In this document: positions 57,666-64,000 of the stretch, one piece after another
Layout: every line of letters starts with the position of its first letter
How positions within the stretch are numbered: the first letter of the stretch is position 1
Origin: an uncultured delta proteobacterium
GTDB taxonomy: Bacteria; Myxococcota_A; Polyangia; Polyangiales; Houyiibacteriaceae
NCBI GenBank assembly: GCA_963699755.1
Contig: CAVOVB010000005.1
Span: 231,831 to 295,830 of the forward strand
Reading direction: 5' to 3'
Length of the DNA stretch: 64,000 nt
Translations under genes and position numbers: made by a program
Notes under the pieces: generated by a model
What the model was told of the DNA's origin: nothing
Databases searched by the model: none
The model's input: only the letters and a program-made list of their open reading frames with translations

Positions 57666-58868
57666 TCAGAGGAGCTTGTGAAATCGGTAGAAGAAGTCGT
57701 CTAGCACTTGCTGGCCGCGCGGGCGACGTCGCCAGTCCTCGTAGCGGACGGGCTTGGACCGCTTGAGGTCCTCGTTGAAGCGCGCCTCCATTGCGGCGGC
57801 GACGGCGGGATCCTCGACGGCGGCGACGACTTCGAGATTGAAGCGGAGGGATCGAGAATCGAGGTTGTAGGTACCGACCGTGCACCAATGGCGGTCGATG
57901 ATGGCGGTTTTCGCGTGCAGGATCGGGCCCTGCCATTCGTAGAGCTCGATTCCTGCTTCCAGGAGCCGGCCGTAGAGCTTTCGTGCCGCGTGACGCACGG
58001 CGAAGACGTCGCTCCTCCCCGGCACGATCACCCGCACATCGGCGCCCCGGTCGACAGCCTCTGAAAGCAGGCGCCGGATCTGACCATCGGGAACGAAGTA
58101 GCTGTTGGTGATGCAGATCGATCGCTCGGCGCTCCGGATTCGCCCAAAGTACGCGTCGCGAATGGCCCGACGCTCGCCAAAGTAGTCGTTGGCGAGGACG
58201 CGAACCCGACTACCTTCGCCATGACCCGTATCGATGGGCGGTCGCTGTCGCTGGCGAGGCCGCAGCAGTGCGGCTGGCTCGACGATGCGATGCCAGCCGA
58301 AGTCGAAGATGTCGCACATCTGCTCGGCTGCGGGACCTTCGATTCGGATCGTGTCGTCGCGCCAGCCAGCGCCACCGGCGCTTTTCGGCGCCCATTCGTT
58401 GCCGAGGTTGACACCACCTGTGAAACCCACGTAGCGATCGACGACCAGCAGCTTGCGGTGGTCGCGGTTGTTGAGGACTCCGACCCGAAAGCGCGCACGC
58501 CAGGGTGCAATCGGGTTGTACTGCTCGACCTCACAGCCGGCCTCACGCATCCGCGCAAACATTCGGCTGTCGCTTTGAAGACTTCCGACCGCATCATAGA
58601 TGACACGAACGCGAACGCCGGCCTCCGCTCTCGCAATGAGCGCATCAGCGAACTGTCGGCCCACCTGATCGGAGGCGAACCAGTACATTTCGAGGAGAAT
58701 TTCGCGCTTCGCTTCGGCAATGGCTTCGAGCATCGCGGGGAACGCCTGCACGCCATCGTGAAGCAGGGTCACGTGATTGCCCGACACCAGGGCCTCAAAG
58801 CCGGTGGTGCCAGCAAAGATTGCCCGCAATTGTTCGAGTGTCTCTCGCGACGGCCCTGACCTCAGCAC
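57666..58868 (-). CDS. clsB: Cardiolipin synthase (ClsB-like phospholipase D)
   Basis: Two HKD motifs (HRKLLVVD, HAKTAIID); no N-terminal TM. Confidence 0.85.
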   Translation of the reverse strand: MLRSGPSRETLEQLRAIFAGTTGFEALVSGNHVTLLHDGVQAFPAMLEAIAEAKREILLEMYWFASDQVGRQFADALIARAEAGVRVRVIYDAVGSLQSDSRMFARMREAGCEVEQYNPIAPWRARFRVGVLNNRDHRKLLVVDRYVGFTGGVNLGNEWAPKSAGGAGWRDDTIRIEGPAAEQMCDIFDFGWHRIVEPAALLRPRQRQRPPIDTGHGEGSRVRVLANDYFGERRAIRDAYFGRIRSAERSICITNSYFVPDGQIRRLLSEAVDRGADVRVIVPGRSDVFAVRHAARKLYGRLLEAGIELYEWQGPILHAKTAIIDRHWCTVGTYNLDSRSLRFNLEVVAAVEDPAVAAAMEARFNEDLKRSKPVRYEDWRRRPRGQQVLDDFFYRFHKLL

Positions 58869-58898
58869 CCTGGTTCCTCCTATGCTATCGTCGCGCCG

Positions 58899-59063
58899 AT
58901 GAAAGCCGTGCGCTGTCCGATTTGCAAGAAGGACTTGGCCAGGCGGGACAAGAACTTCCCATTCTGCTCAGCGCGTTGCAAGCTCGTGGACGCGGGCAAC
59001 TGGTTTGACGGCACGTACCGCGTCGAAACTGACCAGCCTGATTTCCGATTGGGAGACAACTGA
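58899..59063 (+). CDS. yacG: DNA gyrase inhibitor YacG (54 aa, absent from the ORF track)
   Basis: Hand translation MKAVRCPICKKDLARRDKNFPFCSARCKLVDAGNWFDGTYRVETDQPDFRLGDN shows the CPxC...PFCSxRC...D.G.W signature. Confidence 0.92.
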   Translation: MKAVRCPICKKDLARRDKNFPFCSARCKLVDAGNWFDGTYRVETDQPDFRLGDN

Positions 59064-59815
59064 TGAAATGCGGTGTGTTCTTAGTCAGCGGGCTCTTATT
59101 GCTGGGCGCGAGCGCGTCTGCGCAGGATACGGCCGATATGGGCACCCAGGCGACCACGGGGGCCGAATCATCGTCAACGGCTACACCGGCACCCGCCGAG
59201 CCGGCAGCCAGCGAGCCGACCGCGGAGGCTGCCAAAGAAGAAGAGAAAAAGAGGAGCCCATACTACAAGAAGGTACGAGGCTGGCTCTGGATCGAAGGAT
59301 TCTTGGGCCCCTCATCGTACGACCCCGACAAGTTTGGTAGCTTGAGCCTGTCCGGTGTCCCCAACGCGCCACGGGCGAAGGGACTCGAAGGCGGCTTCTC
59401 GGTGTTCCTTGGTCTGGGTGGTTTCGAGATCGGCGGCTTCTACCGGCAGGCCGATTACACGCAGTACAAGCTGATGAAGGTTGGGCTTGAGATCCAGGGC
59501 ACCTTCCGATTCATCCCCTACGTGCACCCGATAGTTCGCATGGACATCGGCTTCGCCAAGATGTTCCAAGGCAACCCGTACGGGCTCACGAACGCCGACT
59601 CCGGAGGAATCGCGCTCACTGGTGGCGTCGGTGTGAGGATTCCGATCATCCGCTGGATGTCGTTTGCCGCGACTTTCGATTGGAGTTTCGTGGGCTTGTC
59701 GATGCGAGGGGATGTTCCTGGCAGCACGACAAGGTTCCAGTCCTGGATCCTAGGTCAGCAGTTTGGCGCGACCTTTGCCCTCACGTTTCACTTCATCGGC
59801 GTGCGCGGGGACTAA
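59063..59815 (+). CDS. Putative outer membrane beta-barrel protein
   Basis: Signal peptide (ASA-Q), low-complexity linker, about eight amphipathic beta-strands. Confidence 0.6.
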   Translation: MKCGVFLVSGLLLLGASASAQDTADMGTQATTGAESSSTATPAPAEPAASEPTAEAAKEEEKKRSPYYKKVRGWLWIEGFLGPSSYDPDKFGSLSLSGVPNAPRAKGLEGGFSVFLGLGGFEIGGFYRQADYTQYKLMKVGLEIQGTFRFIPYVHPIVRMDIGFAKMFQGNPYGLTNADSGGIALTGGVGVRIPIIRWMSFAATFDWSFVGLSMRGDVPGSTTRFQSWILGQQFGATFALTFHFIGVRGD

Positions 59816-60831
59816 CGCTGACTCGCTTCGTGCACGTGGTCGACGAGGGCGCGCGCTTGAGCCGGCGTGGCTTGAGGCATGATCCCGTGTCCTAGATTGA
59901 AGATGTGGCCGGGACGATCGGCTGCGCTGTCGAGCACTTCGGAAGCGCGCGCGCACATCACCTCGTTCGAGGTGAGAAGCGCGGCAGGGTCCAAGTTGCC
60001 TTGCAAGGCGATGTCATCGCCGAGCACGGACCATGCATCGTTCACAGAGATCCGCCAGTCGATGCCGATCACGTCGCCACCGGCTTCTTTCATGGCCGGA
60101 TAGAGCTCGGGGTTGCCCGTTCCGAAGTGAATCGCCGGCACGTCTTGCGGGAGCATGTCGAAAATCGCCTTGCTGTGGGGTAGTACGTAGCGGCGATAGT
60201 CGGAGGGCGAGAGGCAACCGACCCAGCTGTCGAAGAGCTGCACGGCCTGCGCGCCTGCGTCGATTTGCGCGATGAGGTAATCGGCAATGGCGCTCGAGAG
60301 CCTTGCCATGAACGCGTTCCAGAGGCCCTCGTCGCCGTACATGAGCTTCTTGGCTTCGTAGTAGTTCCTCGATCCACCGCCTTCTATCGCATACGAGGCC
60401 AGGGTGAACGGCGCGCCGGCGAAGCCGATGAGCGGAACCTGGAGCTCCTTACGCGTGGTTCGAATGGCGTCCATCACATAGGAGAGGGAGCCTGCTGCAT
60501 CGATTCGCTCCGGAATGCCGTCGACCTGAGCGGCGGCGCGAATCGGATTCATGATCTTCGGACCGCGATCGTCGGTGAACTCGAAACCAATCTGTAGCGG
60601 TTCGAGAATCAACAGAATGTCGGCGAAGATGATCCCAGCATCGACGCCGAGCTGATCGACCGCCCGTACCGTCACCTCGCAGGCGAGCTCCGGCGATTTG
60701 CACAGCTCGATGAAGCTGACCTTCTCGCGCAGCGCCCGGTACTCGGGCTGATAGCGCCCGGCCTGACGCATGATCCAAACCGGTGTGTACGGAGTCGGCT
60801 CCCGCCGACAGGCCTGCAAGAAAACACTCAT
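59812..60831 (-). CDS. hemE: Uroporphyrinogen decarboxylase
   Basis: WIMRQAGRY, FADIL, QLFDSW, QGNLDP and NLGHG motifs. Confidence 0.97.
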   Translation of the reverse strand: MSVFLQACRREPTPYTPVWIMRQAGRYQPEYRALREKVSFIELCKSPELACEVTVRAVDQLGVDAGIIFADILLILEPLQIGFEFTDDRGPKIMNPIRAAAQVDGIPERIDAAGSLSYVMDAIRTTRKELQVPLIGFAGAPFTLASYAIEGGGSRNYYEAKKLMYGDEGLWNAFMARLSSAIADYLIAQIDAGAQAVQLFDSWVGCLSPSDYRRYVLPHSKAIFDMLPQDVPAIHFGTGNPELYPAMKEAGGDVIGIDWRISVNDAWSVLGDDIALQGNLDPAALLTSNEVMCARASEVLDSAADRPGHIFNLGHGIMPQATPAQARALVDHVHEASQR

Positions 60832-60844
60832 CGCTGTGCCTATA

Positions 60845-62116
60845 TCACATCGCTATCGGCGGGTCGGTGCGGACGTTCTTGACCAGGGCTCGGGCCTCGG
60901 AGACCAGAAAAATCGAGCCTGCGACGACGACCAGGCCGCTTGGACCGGCTGCTCGTTTGGCACGGACGACGGCATCCCGAACGCTGCGGGCGGCCGTCCC
61001 TTCGTGGATACTGGTGAAGCGCTCGGGGAACTCAGCGCGAGAGACCGCGGGACGGGCGTAGATGCGTCGCGATACGCGCCCTTCGAAGGCGGCGAGCATT
61101 CGGCGGTGGTCTTTGTCTCGCATCGCACCGAACAGAAGAACGACCCTTCCTGGGAATTCGAGGTCGTCGAGATAGCGGGCGAGGGTCTGGCAGCCGGAAG
61201 CGTTATGCGCTGCATCGAAGAGGAAGGAGGGGTTCCCGCGATGCCATTCGAGCCGTCCTGGCCACTTGGCCCGTTTGAGACCTGAGCGGATGTCGGCATC
61301 GGGTACTTCGAAGCCGCGTTCTCTGAGCTCGGTCAAGGCCGCAATCACACAGGCCGCATTGCTCCCCTGGTAGTCGCCCCGAAGCCCGAGTCGGAGGCCA
61401 GTCCACTCTTGCTCCCCCACGCGCACCGAAAGCAAGTTGCCTTCCCAAGTGCTTTCGAAATCGCGACCGATCCAACGCAGCGGGGCACCGACCTCACGCG
61501 CGCGCAGCGAGATCGCTCGCCTCACCTCTTTGCCTCGTGCGCCGACCACGCAGGGGATTTTGGGCTTGAGCACGCCTGCCTTTTCACGAGCGATCTTCGC
61601 CAGCGTGTCACCCAGGATGCGCTGGTGCTCCAAACTGATGTTCGTGATCACCGAAACCTCTGGCGTCACGACGTTGGTCGAATCGAGCCGGCCGCCGAGC
61701 CCAACTTCGAGGACGACGATCTCGCACCCCGCGTCGCGAAATGCTTCGAATGCGAGCAGGGTCGTGTATTCGAAGAAAGAGAGCGGTGGCAATCGCTTGT
61801 CCGCGCGCAGCTCTTCGATGCGGCGGGCAGCTTCGCGCTCGGAAATGGGCCTCCCGCCGATACGCACCCGCTCGACGTAACGCTGTAGGTGCGGCGAGGC
61901 GAATAGCCCTGTCCGGTAGCCTGCCGAGCGCAGAACGGTCTCGACCATCGTCGCCACGCTGCCCTTTCCGTTCGTCCCCGCAACGTGCACGTAGCGAAGA
62001 CCGCGCTCAGGATGCCCTCGAACCTCCGCCGCGTGCTGCATACGTTCGAGTCCGAGCTTGATGCCACGGGACTCCAAGTTGTATAGCCAACCAAGCGCTT
62101 CGCGGTACCGGGTCAC
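60845..62116 (-). CDS. folC: Folylpolyglutamate synthase/dihydrofolate synthase
   Basis: HVAGTNGKGS, EVGLGGRLDSTN, WPGRLE and DAAHN motifs. Confidence 0.96.
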   Translation of the reverse strand: MTRYREALGWLYNLESRGIKLGLERMQHAAEVRGHPERGLRYVHVAGTNGKGSVATMVETVLRSAGYRTGLFASPHLQRYVERVRIGGRPISEREAARRIEELRADKRLPPLSFFEYTTLLAFEAFRDAGCEIVVLEVGLGGRLDSTNVVTPEVSVITNISLEHQRILGDTLAKIAREKAGVLKPKIPCVVGARGKEVRRAISLRAREVGAPLRWIGRDFESTWEGNLLSVRVGEQEWTGLRLGLRGDYQGSNAACVIAALTELRERGFEVPDADIRSGLKRAKWPGRLEWHRGNPSFLFDAAHNASGCQTLARYLDDLEFPGRVVLLFGAMRDKDHRRMLAAFEGRVSRRIYARPAVSRAEFPERFTSIHEGTAARSVRDAVVRAKRAAGPSGLVVVAGSIFLVSEARALVKNVRTDPPIAM

Positions 62117-62952
62117 CCTGCCAGATACTCGACCATGCGAGCGACGTTGCGGCGCATGTCTTGACGGGTGGAGATCATGTCGATCATGCCATGCTCGAGA
62201 AGGAACTCGGCGCGCTGAAAGCCTTCGGGAAGCGTTTGACGAATCGTGTCTTCGATGACGCGCGGACCCGCGAACCCGATCAACGCGCCAGGCTCCGCGA
62301 TGTTGACGTCCCCTTGAAGCGCAAAGCTCGCCGCGACGCCGCCGGTCGTTGGGTTGAGGAGCACACTGATGAACGGCGCGCCGGCTTCGCGAAGCAATCG
62401 ACGGGCGGCGACCGTCTTAGCCATCTGCATGAGCGAGAGCGAGCCCTCCTGCATGCGCGCGCCGCCTGAACAGGACAGCAAGACCACGGGCTGTCGCTCT
62501 CCGGCGCCACGCTCCATCATGCGCGCGACCGCTTCGCCGACCACCGAACCCATGGAGCCACCCATGAAGCGGAAGACAAAGACGCCGAGCTGAACGGGGC
62601 GCCCGTCGATCCTCGCCGTGCCGACTAGAATGGCATCATTGACGCCGGTCGATTCGCGGGCGGCCTCCACGCGAAGCGGGTAAGGTTTCGAATCGACGAA
62701 GCCGAGCGGGTCAGCGGCGACGAGCTCGGTGTCGCGAGGCGTCCAGCTACCCTGGTCGGCCAAGAGCGCTACCCACAGCTCTGCGCGGAGGTGGAAGTGC
62801 GCGCCACAAGCGGGGCAAACCTCGAGACTCTTCTCGAAGTCTTCTTTCTTCACGGCGTCGCCGCAGGCGTCGCACTTGCGAAAGAGCCCCTCACCGAGGG
62901 TCTTCTTCTCGGATGCGTCGACTCCCGCCTTGGTCTTCGCGAACTCGCTCAC
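62113..62952 (-). CDS. accD: Acetyl-CoA carboxylase carboxyltransferase beta subunit
   Basis: CDAC/CPAC zinc finger; FMGGSMG, SGGARMQEG and GFAGPRVI motifs. Confidence 0.96.
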   Translation of the reverse strand: MSEFAKTKAGVDASEKKTLGEGLFRKCDACGDAVKKEDFEKSLEVCPACGAHFHLRAELWVALLADQGSWTPRDTELVAADPLGFVDSKPYPLRVEAARESTGVNDAILVGTARIDGRPVQLGVFVFRFMGGSMGSVVGEAVARMMERGAGERQPVVLLSCSGGARMQEGSLSLMQMAKTVAARRLLREAGAPFISVLLNPTTGGVAASFALQGDVNIAEPGALIGFAGPRVIEDTIRQTLPEGFQRAEFLLEHGMIDMISTRQDMRRNVARMVEYLAG

Positions 62953-63011
62953 GGCTTTGGGCTAGCACGAGGGACAAAGCAGAGCGACCCTCGCGACGCC
63001 CGGCGAAGCGA

Positions 63012-63764
63012 TCAGCGGGGCGCTCTTGCGACGATGGCTGAGAGGTGCCGTCCGGTTGTTCCGTGGTCGCGGCGGTGCGAAAAGAACTGCGCAGCGTCGC
63101 TGTGCGTGCATCCGCCTACATCGTCGATCGCGCCTTCGGGGACCCCAAGGTCGTGCAGCTGGAACTGGATCAGCGCGGCGAGGTCCCCATGAGGTTTCGA
63201 GGCGTCACGTCGGACCACCGCGCGACCTTCCGCGGCCTCTTCCATCTGGCGAGCAACGTCTTCGTCGATCTCGAAGGCTTCGACTCGGATGTGCGGGCCG
63301 ATGGCGACGATCAGCTCGGCTGGGTCGTGCGCAAGCGCATCGATGGCGCTTCGCACGACTCCAGCCACGGCGCCGCGCCAGCCGGCATGCGCTGCCCCAG
63401 CGTGACCGCTCGGCGGATGCGCGATGAGGACCGGGACGCAATCGGCGGTTCGCGCCGCAATCCCCAAGCCGTCGGCCCGCGCGATCAGCGCATCGCCTTC
63501 TTCATCGCCTATCGCTTGCGCGAGATCGGAAACGTCACGCACCTGAGTCCCATGGACTTGCCGCTGCTCGTAGAGGCGATCGACGTCGAGCTCGAGGCTC
63601 TTGGCGAAGCGAACCCGGTTCGCCCGGACCGCTGCGTCGTCGTCGCCGAGATGAAAACCGAGATTAAGAGTGTCGTACGGCGCGGAGCTCACGCCGCCCA
63701 GACGCGTCGAGAAAGCATGGCGGAAGCCGTGCCGATCCAAAAGGCGGGAATGCAAGGCGCACAC
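63012..63764 (-). CDS. pgeF: YfiH/PgeF family protein
   Basis: FSTRLGGVS, QVHG, TADCVP, HAGWRG and FFSHRR motifs. Confidence 0.92.
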   Translation of the reverse strand: MCALHSRLLDRHGFRHAFSTRLGGVSSAPYDTLNLGFHLGDDDAAVRANRVRFAKSLELDVDRLYEQRQVHGTQVRDVSDLAQAIGDEEGDALIARADGLGIAARTADCVPVLIAHPPSGHAGAAHAGWRGAVAGVVRSAIDALAHDPAELIVAIGPHIRVEAFEIDEDVARQMEEAAEGRAVVRRDASKPHGDLAALIQFQLHDLGVPEGAIDDVGGCTHSDAAQFFSHRRDHGTTGRHLSAIVARAPR

Positions 63765-63870
63765 GCTCTAGTCTGTAGCACGAGCCACCGCGCTGGGGTG
63801 TTGACCTCGGGGCAGGGCTCACTAGGAGGAGCGCCAGACCTGCGGGATTTCGGGGCACAGGGCCACCCAC

Positions 63871-63898
63871 TTGACAGGCGGCGGCTCTTGACTACTTT
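63871..63898 (+). promoter_or_regulatory. Sigma70 promoter of tRNA-Leu
   Basis: TTGACA-N16-TACTTT followed by GC-rich CCGCCCC. Confidence 0.65.
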
Positions 63899-63915
63899 CC
63901 GCCCCTCCGATTGCT

Positions 63916-64000
63916 GCGGAAGTGGCGGAACTGGCAGACGCGCTAGACTAAGGATCTAGTGGGGTAATACCCGTGGAGGTTCGAGTCCTCTCTTCCGCAC
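63916..64000 (+). tRNA. tRNA-Leu(AAG), class II; 3' end cut by the window edge
   Basis: Acceptor GCGGAAG/CTTCCGC with discriminator A; anticodon arm CTAGA-CTAAGGA-TCTAG; variable arm GGGT-AAT-ACCC; T-arm GGAGG-TTCGAGT-CCTCT. Confidence 0.93.

Overview
This is a high-GC, gene-dense chromosomal window. It is inferred to come from a Myxococcota (Polyangiales-like) bacterium, based on a TIGR04563-type small protein, a CdnL, zinc-ribbon/FHA proteins, an FHA-DUF4388 protein and a myxobacterial-type PilZ. The left part holds a clade II nitrous oxide reductase cluster (cyt c-nosZ-nosD-nosF-nosL-nosY, cut by the window edge) with a divergent fasciclin lipoprotein. It is followed by a TetR locus with two visible operators, a large PHP-hydrolase lipoprotein, tRNA-Asn, pta-ackA, mscS, a DUF481 barrel and purE. 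The middle holds a GlgA-like protein, tsaB, lepB, a radical SAM enzyme, a partial nuo operon (E-F-J-K-L-M-N), mlaF/mlaD, thyA-folA, ctpA, FHA proteins, an NFACT protein, and a histone H1-like gene divergent from cdnL. The right part holds an RNase G/E-PilZ-J-like operon, a zincin/propeller/Omp85 fusion, rpsB-tsf-pyrH-frr with its leader RNA, an EpmC-like protein, cls, yacG (missed by the ORF track), hemE, folC, accD, pgeF and a tRNA-Leu. The most notable observations are: the tRNA-Leu has a rare AAG anticodon; the full-length glycogen synthase homolog has lost its catalytic motifs; NuoL carries a ~190-aa PKD-like tail; the H1-like/cdnL locus has an inverted GATC repeat array and a structured 3' RNA; and an EpmC-like protein sits upstream of rpsB. 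No CRISPR array, transposase or integrase was seen. All family calls come from motif recognition by eye, and no database searches were run.
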